Of a stretch of 64,000 nt of DNA, positions 1 through 9,606 are shown piece by piece; the stretch's first letter is position 1, and every line of letters begins with the position of its first letter. Origin of the DNA: an uncultured Candidatus Binatia bacterium (lineage in GTDB: Bacteria; Desulfobacterota; Binatia; Bin18); contig OZ243961.1 in assembly GCA_965214605.1 (NCBI GenBank), positions 3,488,001 to 3,552,000 on the forward strand. Direction: 5' to 3'. The notes beneath the pieces are model-generated. The model did not search any database, was not told the origin of the DNA, and saw only the letters and a program-made list of their open reading frames with translations. The position numbers and the translations under genes were made by a program.

Positions 1-487
1 GGCCGAGTATTACGCCAACGCCTACGGCCTGGAGCCGGTTGGGATTCGGCCGACTTCGGTGTTTGGTGAGGGGCGCGGCCAACGACGTGGAGCGGCCGGA
101 GACCACTTTATGGTCTTGCCCGAACTCGCTCTGCTCGGACAGCCGGTCGTCATGCCGCCTGACGAACAGATCGCGGATTGGCTGTACGTCGCCGACGCCG
201 CCGAAGTCTTTCGACTCGGCTATCACGTCCCCACCCCTTCCCACCGTATCTTCAACATGAGCGGACCGAGTCGAAAAACAGGCGAGATTACCGCCTATCT
301 CCGTGAGATTCTACCTGGCGCCGATATTTCGGTCAGTGATAAACCGTTTGTGATGACTTCACTATTCAACACTGACCGCCTGCGTGATGAGCTTGGTTTC
401 ACGCCTCAGTATACGGTTGAGAAGGGTATCCTGGCCTATCTGAACGATGTCAGACGGCGCGAGGGTATGCCCCTGGAGCCACGCTAG
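1..487 (+). CDS. NAD-dependent epimerase/dehydratase (extended SDR), 5'-truncated by the window
   Basis: Frame is open from base 2 (AEYYANAYGLEPVGIRPTSVFGEG). Contains DWLYVADAA, RIFNMSG and LRDELGFTPQYTVEKGI, typical of the extended-SDR C-terminal half. Confidence 0.8.
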   Translation, partial: AEYYANAYGLEPVGIRPTSVFGEGRGQRRGAAGDHFMVLPELALLGQPVVMPPDEQIADWLYVADAAEVFRLGYHVPTPSHRIFNMSGPSRKTGEITAYLREILPGADISVSDKPFVMTSLFNTDRLRDELGFTPQYTVEKGILAYLNDVRRREGMPLEPR

Positions 488-506
488 CCCGAGACGAGGA
501 AGCAGT

Positions 507-1592
507 ATGGACTTTGGGGTCAGTTTTCAAACCCATATCCAGCACAGCTGGAAGCATGCAATACTGGCCGAGCAGATGGGCTTTTCGCACGCTTGGTTTA
601 TCGACAGCCAAATGCTGGCGTCCGACGTCTATGCCTGCCTGGCCCTGGCGGCCGAACATACCCAGACAATTCGCCTGGGCACGGCAGTGGCCATCGCCGG
701 GACGCGGATTGCGCCGGTCATTGCCCACTCGATTGCCAGCATCAACCAGCTCGCACCGGGCCGGCTCATCCTCGGTCTGGGCACCGGCCACACCGCCTGG
801 CGAGCGATGGGCATGCCGCCGGCTCGACTCGACGACTTCCGGCACACAATCGAGGTGTGTCGAAACTTGTTGGCTGGACATAGCGTTGACTATCACGAAC
901 GTGGCCGGACCCGTACGATTCGCTTTTTCGACCTGGAGCACGGCTATGTCAACGTGCAGGATCCGGTACCCATCTACGTGGCGGCCGCCGCACCCCAGGC
1001 GTTAGCCGTGGCTGGGGAGCTGGGAGACGGGATCATTACCATCAGTGTCTTGTCTGCAGATATGCTCCGATCGACCCTGGCTGGTACGGTTCAGGGACGG
1101 CGGGCGGCCGCCGCCGGACCGGCATGGCCGGTTGTCACGGTTGGTGTGTCATGCGTTTTACGACCTGGTGAAGCCCTGGACAGCCCACGGGTGGTGGCGC
1201 GGGTCGGCCCGCGTATCGCGGTTGGCCTGCACTTCGGCTACGAAGCGGTCAAGCGCGGCAAGCCCGCCCCGGCTTCTACACAGGCCTTTCTGACCCCTGA
1301 CTACCAAGCCTATCTTGACGAGCGCTGGCAGGAGATTCACGCGACCCACTCGCGCTTCCTGCATCCTGGCGAAGAGAAGTTCATCACCCCGGAGGTCGTC
1401 TCCACAATGAGCCTGACCGGAACGCGAGAGGAGATTATCGCCCGTATCAGGCAGCTTGAGGCGGCCGGACTGAGCCAAATAGTCATCTCTCCCCCGTGGG
1501 GCTATGTTGAGGAGAGTATCGTCGAGTTTGCCCAGGAGATTATCGCCCATTATGAGGCAGGCTCCCTTGCCCTGGCTCGTCAGAAGGCTTAA
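507..1592 (+). CDS. LLM-class flavin-dependent oxidoreductase (luciferase-like)
   Basis: AEQMGFSHAWFIDS, TQTIRLGTAV, LAPGRLILGLGTG, VPIYVAA and AGELGDG motifs. ATG 507 follows GAGGA. Confidence 0.88.
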   Translation: MDFGVSFQTHIQHSWKHAILAEQMGFSHAWFIDSQMLASDVYACLALAAEHTQTIRLGTAVAIAGTRIAPVIAHSIASINQLAPGRLILGLGTGHTAWRAMGMPPARLDDFRHTIEVCRNLLAGHSVDYHERGRTRTIRFFDLEHGYVNVQDPVPIYVAAAAPQALAVAGELGDGIITISVLSADMLRSTLAGTVQGRRAAAAGPAWPVVTVGVSCVLRPGEALDSPRVVARVGPRIAVGLHFGYEAVKRGKPAPASTQAFLTPDYQAYLDERWQEIHATHSRFLHPGEEKFITPEVVSTMSLTGTREEIIARIRQLEAAGLSQIVISPPWGYVEESIVEFAQEIIAHYEAGSLALARQKA

Positions 1593-1636
1593 GCTCGAAG
1601 AGACCAAGCCCGAGGAAACGCAAAGGAGAGCGGTAT

Positions 1637-2464
1637 ATGGCAGACCAGAATTATAGTCGGCCTGAGATGCTGGTTGAGACCGACTGGCTGGCCGAGCATC
1701 TCCAAGACGCCAATCTGTGTGTCGTTGACTGTGATAACCGTGAGGCCTACCGCCGGGCGCATATTCCTGGGGCGCTGATGTTTCGCGGCCACCACTATTT
1801 AAAAGAAAAAGAGGGGGCGCTGCACCTTATGGGGCCCGAGCAGTTTGCCGAAACCATGGGTGGAGCGGGGATCGGGGATGATACTGTGGTAGTTGCCTAC
1901 GACGGATTCAGTGGGCTGTACGCCACCCGTCTATGGTGGGCGCTCAACCATTATGGCCACACCCAGGTCACTGTCCTAAACGGCGGCTGGGACGCTTGGT
2001 TAGCCGAAGGACGGCCGCTGACGAACGCGCCCGCCAAACGCGCCCCGGCGCGTTTTAGCCCGCGAGTGAATGAGGAGTTGATCGCCCGTTGGGACTATGT
2101 CCAGGACTTGATCGCTCAGCCCAACCGGGTGCTGCTCGATGTACGATCTGACGGTGAATGGACCGGGGAGAACGCACGGGGCACAAAGCGGGGGGGACGT
2201 ATCCCTGGCGCCGTTCATCTCGAATGGCTGAACGCTGTTGATAATCAGACCAAAAAGTTTAAACCCGCCGCCCAACTGCGAGCCATGTTTGCTGAGGCCG
2301 GAATCACCCCTGAATCAGAAGTCGTCACCTATTGACAGGGTGGGATCCGTGCGGCGCACGGACTCTTTAGTCTGCGTTTAGTCGGTTTTGACAGGGTTCG
2401 GAACTATGACGCCTCGTGGGCCGAGTGGGGCAATCGGGAAGAATTACCCCTCGAAAAGGACTAG
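1637..2464 (+). CDS. Two-domain rhodanese/3-mercaptopyruvate sulfurtransferase (SseA-like) with in-frame TGA (2333-2335) at the catalytic position; probable selenoprotein of 275 aa
   Basis: HIPGA, LNGGWDAW, LLDVRS and GRIPGAVH motifs. After TGA the frame continues QGGIRAAH...VRNYDASWAEWG (rhodanese C-terminal signature) to TAG 2462-2464. Confidence 0.88.
2342..2365 (+). promoter_or_regulatory. Candidate bacterial SECIS hairpin
   Basis: TCCGTGC (2346-2352), loop GGC, GCACGGA (2356-2362): a perfect 7-bp stem starting at +11 after the TGA, with a G-first apical loop. Extendable by GGG/CTC with a bulged A. Confidence 0.7.
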
Positions 2465-2679
2465 CGAGTGAGGAAGGGAATTGCCGCTAGGGCGAGGGCA
2501 CCGGCGGCGAGAATAGCCCCGATCCCCCAGGCCGGTGCCCGGTGACGGTCGAGCGCCGCGCCACAGTAGATGCATTCGGACAGAAACGAGCCACCGGTCA
2601 CATACACCCGGTTCCACTTGTGGCACACCGAACACCAGGGCTTTGGACGCCCTTGAAAAAAAGTCGCGAACTGAACCAT
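2461..2679 (-). CDS. Small zinc-ribbon-like protein with C-terminal transmembrane helix (72 aa)
   Basis: CSVC...CIYC followed by hydrophobic WGIGAILAAGALALAAIPFL. Its stop shares the CTAG (2461-2464) with the read-through sulfurtransferase stop. Confidence 0.55.
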   Translation of the reverse strand: MVQFATFFQGRPKPWCSVCHKWNRVYVTGGSFLSECIYCGAALDRHRAPAWGIGAILAAGALALAAIPFLTR

Positions 2680-2764
2680 AAACGCTATCCTTACTAGGAA
2701 GGTCAGTTCCAGACTAGCATACACCGGTGCCAGCGTCGAGGTCGGGGAGTCTACCACTGCCCCT

Positions 2765-3601
2765 TTAGCGACGCTTTTCCGCTCGGTGCTGCTTTGTGAG
2801 GTGGGGGGCCACCACGGCCATGAGTTGGGGATGAAGGAGGCGGTTACTGGCAACGAGTCCTTGGAGCAGGGTGGTGACTTGGTTGAAGAGTACCGGCTTT
2901 CCGCCCAGGGTGGTGAGCATGCCTCCAGCCTCTTCGATCAGCACGGTGCCAGCACACAGATCCCACTCATTCTTTGGCACGAGGGTAAAAGTCGCGTCGG
3001 CCTCACCCTTGGCAATTGTGGCTAGCTTATGCGCCATGCCACCGGCTGGCCGGACGTGAAACAGAGACCGAAACGGCCTCCATTCGCCCCGTTTTGTTTC
3101 TGAGCGGCTAGACAACACCGTCGCATCGGCCAAACGCTCCGTCGGGCTAACGCGCAGCGGTATATCGCCTGTGGCGGCCTCTGTTTGGACCCAAGCCCCC
3201 TGGCCGCGCACGGCCCACACCAACTCGTCTAGGGCCGGGTAGTAGATGACACCCAGGAGAGGCCAACCATCCTCAATCAGGCCGATTGAGACGGCGAACT
3301 CGGGGATTTTGTCAATAAACTCTTTGGTCCCGTCAAGCGGGTCAACAACCCACACGCGGCGCTTGGACAGCCGGGTTGGGGAATCGATGGTTTCTTCTGA
3401 CAACCAGCCGTCGTGCGGAAAGGCGTGGTGGATCATCCGATGGATCTCGTAATTGGCCTCGCGGTCGGCAACGGTGACCGGGCTGTCGTTGTGTTTGTAC
3501 TCTACGCGATAGTTCGTCTCATACAGCGCCCGAATCAGCGCGCCAGCCGCACGGGCAGCAGACATGGCCGTAGTTTTTTCGTGCTCCAGCCGGTCTGTCA
3601 T
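2765..3601 (-). CDS. cysQ: 3'(2'),5'-bisphosphate nucleotidase CysQ / inositol monophosphatase family
   Basis: SPVTVADREAN, LSEE, WVVDPLDGTKEF and EWDLCAG motifs. Confidence 0.8.
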   Translation of the reverse strand: MTDRLEHEKTTAMSAARAAGALIRALYETNYRVEYKHNDSPVTVADREANYEIHRMIHHAFPHDGWLSEETIDSPTRLSKRRVWVVDPLDGTKEFIDKIPEFAVSIGLIEDGWPLLGVIYYPALDELVWAVRGQGAWVQTEAATGDIPLRVSPTERLADATVLSSRSETKRGEWRPFRSLFHVRPAGGMAHKLATIAKGEADATFTLVPKNEWDLCAGTVLIEEAGGMLTTLGGKPVLFNQVTTLLQGLVASNRLLHPQLMAVVAPHLTKQHRAEKRR

Positions 3602-3607
3602 TGGCCC

Positions 3608-4585
3608 TTACATCCCTAAGACATAGGCAAACATGAGCGGGACGACGATTGACGCGTCGGATTCGATGATATAGCGTGGAGTCTCTACTCCAAGTTTGCC
3701 CCAGGTTATTTTTTCATTCGGTACTGCTCCTGAATACGAGCCGTAGCTAGTGGTCGAATCGCTGACCTGACAGAAGTAACTCCACAACGGAGTTTGGGTG
3801 CGGTGAAGATCTTGAATTAACAGCGGGACCACGCAGATAGGGAAATCTCCGGCAATACCCCCGCCGATCTGATAAAAGCCGAGGGCGCTTGTCCGGCACC
3901 CCTCCTCATACCAGTCGGCCAGAAAGGTCATGTACTCGGTGCCGCTGCGGACCGTCTGGGGGCTTTTGAGCTTGCTCGTTATACAATGGCTGGCAAATAC
4001 ATTACCGGTGGTTGAATCTTCCCACCCCGGCACCACAATGGGCAGATTTTTCTCCATAGCGGCCATCAGCCATGAATCTTTGGGATCAATCTGGTAGTGG
4101 GCCTGCAAGGTGCCGGAGCGTAAAATCTGATAGAAGTATTCGTGCGGAAAATAGCGCTCGCCCCGTTGTTCGGCCTTGAGCCACACGTCGAGGATGGCCA
4201 TCTCTACCCGTCGCATGGCCTCATCTTCGGGAATGCAGGTGTCGGTGACCCGATTCATATGTCGTTTGAGCAGGTCGGCCTCCTGGGCCGGGGTGAGGTC
4301 GCGGTAGTGGGGCACGCGTTCATAGTTGTTATGGGCGACTAGGTTAAAGACATCCTCTTCGAGATTAGCTCCGGTGCAGGATATGGCATGCACGCAGTCT
4401 TGGCGGATCATCTCGGCTAGAGACAACCCGATTTCCGCCGTACTCATGGCGCCAGCCATTGCCAGCAGCATCTTTCCGCCTCGGTCGAGGTGCCGCTTAT
4501 AGCCGTCTGAGGCCTCAATTAGGCTGGCTGCATTAAAATGACGGAAGTGGTGTTTGAGAAAGTCAGTCACCGGCTGGCTGCTCAT
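3608..4585 (-). CDS. Deoxyhypusine synthase-like protein (probable homospermidine synthase)
   Basis: MAGAMSTAE, CTGANLEED, QIGGGIAGDF, DSTTSYGSYSGA and NEKITWGK motifs. ATG 4585 follows AGGAG. Confidence 0.88.
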   Translation of the reverse strand: MSSQPVTDFLKHHFRHFNAASLIEASDGYKRHLDRGGKMLLAMAGAMSTAEIGLSLAEMIRQDCVHAISCTGANLEEDVFNLVAHNNYERVPHYRDLTPAQEADLLKRHMNRVTDTCIPEDEAMRRVEMAILDVWLKAEQRGERYFPHEYFYQILRSGTLQAHYQIDPKDSWLMAAMEKNLPIVVPGWEDSTTGNVFASHCITSKLKSPQTVRSGTEYMTFLADWYEEGCRTSALGFYQIGGGIAGDFPICVVPLLIQDLHRTQTPLWSYFCQVSDSTTSYGSYSGAVPNEKITWGKLGVETPRYIIESDASIVVPLMFAYVLGM

Positions 4586-4663
4586 ACGCTCCTGCCTCCT
4601 TCGAACAAGCTGGGTTTGGTCGCCTCGGATCACCCACAGGCTAGCATCATGCCTCCGCACCAG

Positions 4664-5692
4664 CTAGCCCGAACTATCCTCATTGGCGCAGGATGCTGAC
4701 CGGTCGAGGCAGGCGCATAACAGCTCGACAGCAGCCTGGGAAGAGGGCTCAGCACAAGCCTGGCGGAGGAGCCGTCCCTGGGGGGTCGCCGCCAGGGCAG
4801 TTCGCATCAGACGCTGAAAATCGAACTGGGTCCGGGGACGGATGCGGTATAGCAGCCGGAGGAGGGCCAGCCGAAGAGCATACGCGTCTACGGCTTCTCC
4901 AACCCGCAGTTCGGGAGGCTGGTAGGCGCGAGTTTCGTTCAGGTAGTGGTCCGTTTCGGCCGGAACGTACTCCCTAATTGAGCGGCCGGCCGCCAGCATG
5001 TCCCGAATGGCGGTGGCTGACAGATCCTTGATCGCACTCGTTGACGCGGACAGGGGAAAAAAGTGGACAGCTGGACCAAAGCCCTGATTTTCCGGCTGGG
5101 CCAGCAGTTGGTAGAAAGCAGTCTGATCCAGCCCGCCCCGATTCGCGACGATCAGACAGGCCAGGTCGAACAGCTCGTGGAGGGCGGCATCTCTATCTTG
5201 ATAATAGCGGGGGTCGAGAATCTGTACCAGCTTGTCCATCCCGGTCAGGAAATACAGATTGGTGTCTGCGCCCAACAAACGGCGAAAGGCCTGGGCCTGT
5301 TCGACGTACAAGCCACGGTTGACCAACGCCACGCTTATCGACGATCGGCTCTCGGCGTACAGGGACAGCAGCACTAGGCGATCCTCAAGTCCCAGGCCGG
5401 TCACCCGTTCTTTATCGACGGTAAACGTGGCTAGGCTCAGAAATACCTGATCGAGCTGCCAGGTCCGGCAGACCTGTTCGGCCAGCTGACTGTGGGCCAG
5501 GGTGAGAGGATTGAACGAGCCGCACAGAATACCGATTCGGCGATAGGACTGGGTCGATCCAGACGAAATGACCCGCACCTGGAGTGGTGCGCTAGGGGCT
5601 AGGCTGGTGACGGTCTCACGCAGGGAAAACAGCCGGTCCAGGTCATAGGCCGCCCCTCTGACCTGGACCGGGCTAAGGGATAGCTGGCTCAC
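4664..5692 (-). CDS. Nicotinamide/nicotinate mononucleotide adenylyltransferase-like (NadD/cytidylyltransferase fold)
   Basis: GILCGSFNPLTLAH, FLTGMDK and LSATAIRD motifs. GTG start at 5692 is inferred. Confidence 0.72.
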   Translation of the reverse strand: MSQLSLSPVQVRGAAYDLDRLFSLRETVTSLAPSAPLQVRVISSGSTQSYRRIGILCGSFNPLTLAHSQLAEQVCRTWQLDQVFLSLATFTVDKERVTGLGLEDRLVLLSLYAESRSSISVALVNRGLYVEQAQAFRRLLGADTNLYFLTGMDKLVQILDPRYYQDRDAALHELFDLACLIVANRGGLDQTAFYQLLAQPENQGFGPAVHFFPLSASTSAIKDLSATAIRDMLAAGRSIREYVPAETDHYLNETRAYQPPELRVGEAVDAYALRLALLRLLYRIRPRTQFDFQRLMRTALAATPQGRLLRQACAEPSSQAAVELLCACLDRSASCANEDSSG

Positions 5693-5818
5693 ACTCAAAG
5701 TTCTCCACGGTCGAGAGCTTATAGTCCTGCGGCTGGTAGGGCAAGTTATTGAGGTTGGGTCGCGGTGGGGTGGCCTTCCTGATTGACCGGGTCTTCTCCT
5801 CCGTGATAAGGTCTGAGA

Positions 5819-7633
5819 ATGTCTGCACGGCTGCGGTCGGGGGCGCCTTTGTGGCTCTCCATTCTCCTTTTTGGCAGTGTGTCCGTGCTGTCGGCCTGTT
5901 CTGCCCACCGCCCTGCTCAGCCATCTCGTCCAGCCTCCGCTCCTGTCCTCGCGCCGATGGGGCACACCATCCCGGGTAGCCCGGTCGCTCTTAGCCCTAA
6001 GGAGCGTGCCCTAGCCCATTTTCTCAAGAGCCGCGTGGCCCAGATGCGCGGCGATTATGACACAGCGGTGAGCAGCTTGGCCACAGCAGTCGAACTCGAC
6101 CCCGATACGTCCCTGTTACGCTTTCGCTTGGCCAAGCTGTACGTTCGGATGGGCAAGACCGACCTGGCCCTTCAACACTGTCGGATTGTTGTCGAACAAG
6201 AGCCCAAGGATCTTGAGGCTCAGATGTTTTTGGCTGGTCTGCTGTCTTCGACGCGTCAGGAAGACGAGGCCGCGGCTGTCTATGAAGCCGTCCTTGCGGG
6301 GCAGCCTGATAGTCAAGAACCGTATCTATATCTGGGGACCTTGTACGCCACGCAAAAGCGCTTTGAAAAAGCTGCTGAGGTGTTGTCGACCCTGGTCGAG
6401 CGCTATCCGCGTTCGCTGCTGGGCTATTATTACCTGGGCCAGATTTCGGCTACGGCCGGTCAGCTTGACACGGCCGAAACCTACTACAAAAAGGCCCTAT
6501 CGCTGAACGAACGCTCGGAAATGGTGATGCTCGACCTAGCGCTCGTGTATGAGATGCAGGATCAGGTTGACCGCGCCCGTGAAACCTATCAGCAGGCGCT
6601 CGACTACAACCCCGACAGCGAACAGGCGCGCAAACGTCTGGGACGCTTATTGCTTGAGGAAAAAGATCTCGATGGCGCCCTGGAGCAGTTTCGCGAGTTG
6701 GAAAAGATCCAGGAGAGGATTCAGACCGATCCCCAAGAGACTCGGCTGCGTATCAGCCTGATTTACAGCGAAAAAGGTGAGTACGACCGGGCGATCACCG
6801 AGTTGAATCTGGTCTTGACCGCCCAACCCGACAACAGCCAGGCTCGCTACTTTCTGGGCGTCATTTTGACCGAAGCCGAGGAATACGACAAAGCCGTCAC
6901 TGAGCTGCTGAAGATCTCGGACGATACCGACTACTACGCCGATGCGCGTTTGTATCTGAGCTATATCTATCGGCGCCAAAAGAAGCTGGCCCAAGCGATT
7001 GTTGAGGCCGAGCATGCCTTAAGGGTGAAAAAGGATGACCTTGAGGTAATGGAATATCTGGTCGACCTGGAGCGAGAGAACGGTAATCGCTCCCGGGCGA
7101 TTGAAATTCTCAAAAAAATGATCAGCTTGGTCTCCACCAATGACGTCTATCATTTCACTCTAGGAGTGCTCTACGGCGAGCAAAAAGAGCAAGACCTCTG
7201 TGTTGCCTCTATGCAAAAAGCGATCGAGCTCAACCCCGAGAACTCCGCAGCCCTAAACTACCTAGGCTATACCTGGGCCGAACAGGGGATCTACCTCGAT
7301 GAGGCCGAGCATCTGATTCGCCGGGCACTGAAGGTTGAGCCCGACGACGGATTTTATATCGACAGCCTAGGCTGGGTGTATTACCAGCGTGGGCAGTATC
7401 ATGAAGCCGTCAACTACTTAGAGCGGGCTATTGAACTGGTCAACGACAACTCGACCATCAGCGAGCATCTGGGCGACGCGTACCAGAAGGTCGGCAGAAT
7501 CAGCGAGGCGTCCCGCTTTTATCGGGCAGCCCTGGATCAGGCGACCGAGAACGCTCAGCGTCGACGCCTGCGAGAGAAGATTGCCACGCTGGCCCAGCAC
7601 GGTCAGGAGAGGCGTTCTTCTGAGCTTGAATAG
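5819..7633 (+). CDS. Tetratricopeptide-repeat lipoprotein
   Basis: Lipobox LSAC, many TPR units, and C-terminal ALNYLGYTWAE...YIDSLGWVYY...EHLGDAY. Confidence 0.88.
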   Translation: MSARLRSGAPLWLSILLFGSVSVLSACSAHRPAQPSRPASAPVLAPMGHTIPGSPVALSPKERALAHFLKSRVAQMRGDYDTAVSSLATAVELDPDTSLLRFRLAKLYVRMGKTDLALQHCRIVVEQEPKDLEAQMFLAGLLSSTRQEDEAAAVYEAVLAGQPDSQEPYLYLGTLYATQKRFEKAAEVLSTLVERYPRSLLGYYYLGQISATAGQLDTAETYYKKALSLNERSEMVMLDLALVYEMQDQVDRARETYQQALDYNPDSEQARKRLGRLLLEEKDLDGALEQFRELEKIQERIQTDPQETRLRISLIYSEKGEYDRAITELNLVLTAQPDNSQARYFLGVILTEAEEYDKAVTELLKISDDTDYYADARLYLSYIYRRQKKLAQAIVEAEHALRVKKDDLEVMEYLVDLERENGNRSRAIEILKKMISLVSTNDVYHFTLGVLYGEQKEQDLCVASMQKAIELNPENSAALNYLGYTWAEQGIYLDEAEHLIRRALKVEPDDGFYIDSLGWVYYQRGQYHEAVNYLERAIELVNDNSTISEHLGDAYQKVGRISEASRFYRAALDQATENAQRRRLREKIATLAQHGQERRSSELE

Positions 7634-7649
7634 GCTGTAAGCGCGGCCG

Positions 7650-8492
7650 GTGTGGGCAAATCAGATGGCCCCGTCCTTCTTTTTCTTTCCGATCTGGCTG
7701 ACCTGCATGTTGCTGGGAGGGGTGTTAAGTGCCTGTAGTGTCCGTCCCCGGCCGGCGCCGTCCCCACCGCAGCCTGTTGTGAGCGCCCAGGCTTTACTCG
7801 GCCAGCTGCACGCCAGGCGCCAGGCGCTTGATCGTGTACGTGGCTTAGCCCGAGTGAGCCATGCCGGTCCACACGGAAAAGGCAGCGCCAGGCAAGCGAT
7901 TGCGGTTGCTGCGCCGGACCGATTCCGGTTTGAGCTCTTCTCTCCGCTCGGCATGACCGCCCTTATCAGCTGTAACGGTCAGATCCTGGCCGCCTATTTC
8001 CCGCAGGACAAGGTGTTGTACCGGGGCCAGGCCGATCCTTTTACGATTGCCCGCTTTACCCGGGTCTTGTTGTCCGCCCGGGAGGTAGTTGATCTGTTGC
8101 GCGGCCTGCCCGTTCTGCCCATGCCCGAGGCCGCTTGGGCGGTGTCTTTCGACCATCAGTACGGCTGGCACCGCCTGGAGCTGGCCGTCTCCGAGGTCGC
8201 GACACACCGGGTGTGGTTTGAACCCACAACGTCGCTCCTGCGACGCTGGGAAAAACACACGCCGCAGGGACGGCTTGTGAGCCGGGTCGACTTTAGCCGC
8301 TACCGGCAAATCCAGCGTCAAGAATTTCCGTTTGAAATTAATCTGTCTGATTTGTCCAGCGGGCAGCAGGTGACGGTTGTCTATGAGCAGGTCGAGCTCG
8401 CCCCGGTCTTGTCCGATGGGCTGTTCGATCTGGGCTCGATTCCCGGAGTCCAGGAGGTCCGGATTGATCCGGGGAATGTTGAGCCGCGCTAG
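7650..8492 (+). CDS. LolB/LolA-fold outer-membrane lipoprotein (DUF4292-like)
   Basis: Lipobox LSAC, APDRFRFELFSPLG and FPFEI...VVYEQVEL. Follows the TPR gene as in TPR-lolB loci. Start uncertain. Confidence 0.6.
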   Translation: MWANQMAPSFFFFPIWLTCMLLGGVLSACSVRPRPAPSPPQPVVSAQALLGQLHARRQALDRVRGLARVSHAGPHGKGSARQAIAVAAPDRFRFELFSPLGMTALISCNGQILAAYFPQDKVLYRGQADPFTIARFTRVLLSAREVVDLLRGLPVLPMPEAAWAVSFDHQYGWHRLELAVSEVATHRVWFEPTTSLLRRWEKHTPQGRLVSRVDFSRYRQIQRQEFPFEINLSDLSSGQQVTVVYEQVELAPVLSDGLFDLGSIPGVQEVRIDPGNVEPR

Positions 8493-8523
8493 GACCGTGT
8501 GTCGCTGGCCTGACGGGGTGGTG

Positions 8524-9606
8524 CTAGGATTCTCCGTCCGGTTCGTCCTCTCCGCTTGACTCGGTTACCGGTATCACACTTTGTGCCGCCCCTGCCCGTT
8601 CGAACTCTGGGACCTTCTTGACCACAAAGTCGACCGCCCTGCCCTCATCAAGCGTTTCAAAGGCAACCCCTGGCTCTACATCGCTACAGTGAAAGAAATA
8701 GTCCTGCCCGTCAGCACCTTGGATAAAGCCAAAGCCGCGTTCGGCGACCTTTTTCTTCACTAGGCCTCTGAGCGGCGCACCGAGCTGGATCTGTGGACCG
8801 GCCACGGCCGGCGTGTCGTTACCGCTCAGATACTCGTGCTGGGTTTCCTGCCGCTGCTGAGCGAACGCTTCCCGACACGCGTCACAGAAGAATTTCTGGC
8901 CCTTGCGAGGGTGGAAGGTCGTCCACACACGGCGGTCGCCGACATGGCCGGGCGATTGGCAGTCAAGTTGGTGGCGTTCGTATTTGAGTTCTAGACGGTG
9001 CAGTAAGTCATCTAGCCAAATAACATCAAAATCTTTGACCCCGGCTTCGTCCCGAGGGTCGGCAAACTCGGGCGCGCAGCTCCCTTGGATGCTGACCAAT
9101 GCGACCTGTTTGCCTAGCCGCCGGACATGCTGAAAGACCGGTTTGAAATCCTGGTCGCCAACCACAGCGACGGCAATATCGTAAGCGTTGGGGATGGCGG
9201 CGTAATACAGAATGGAGGTGGCGAGGGAAATATCGACGCATTTTTCTTTGGGCTCGAACGGGTCGCTTGGGTCTCGATCAACCCGCCGCAGGCGTCGGCC
9301 CCGAAAATTGATCGGAAAGGTTTCTAGCTCATAGTGATACTCTTCTTTGAGCCGGAAGAAAAAATCGAGGCGCCGCTGGACGACCTCGCGGTCGTTCGGA
9401 TCATAGTTGTCGGCGTAGCTGCCAAATAAGTAGGTGCGGACGACGTGGACATCTAGCTCGTTGAGCTGACTCCGGAGCTCTTCGGCCAAGACCTGGGGCA
9501 GACGGCCAAAATCGAGCTGAAAGTCGCCTTTGCCGTACGAATCAGCTAGACGGGGCGTGTTTGAGTACAGCCACGTCCCGTCAATAAATAGCATTATTTT
9601 GAGCAT
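8524..9606 (-). CDS. NYN (LabA/DUF88 PIN-like) nuclease domain + Cys/His linker + C-terminal cold-shock domain
   Basis: MLFIDG, KEKCVDISLA and VVGDQDFKPV (NYN); RGFGFIQGADGQDYFFHCSD (CSD RNP1/RNP2). Confidence 0.85.
   Translation of the reverse strand: MLKIMLFIDGTWLYSNTPRLADSYGKGDFQLDFGRLPQVLAEELRSQLNELDVHVVRTYLFGSYADNYDPNDREVVQRRLDFFFRLKEEYHYELETFPINFRGRRLRRVDRDPSDPFEPKEKCVDISLATSILYYAAIPNAYDIAVAVVGDQDFKPVFQHVRRLGKQVALVSIQGSCAPEFADPRDEAGVKDFDVIWLDDLLHRLELKYERHQLDCQSPGHVGDRRVWTTFHPRKGQKFFCDACREAFAQQRQETQHEYLSGNDTPAVAGPQIQLGAPLRGLVKKKVAERGFGFIQGADGQDYFFHCSDVEPGVAFETLDEGRAVDFVVKKVPEFERAGAAQSVIPVTESSGEDEPDGES

Noticed and set aside
1637-2335. Truncated sulfurtransferase pseudogene as given by the ORF track
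   Set aside because: The stop is exactly at the catalytic Cys, the downstream frame is intact and a SECIS-like stem follows, so Sec recoding fits better.
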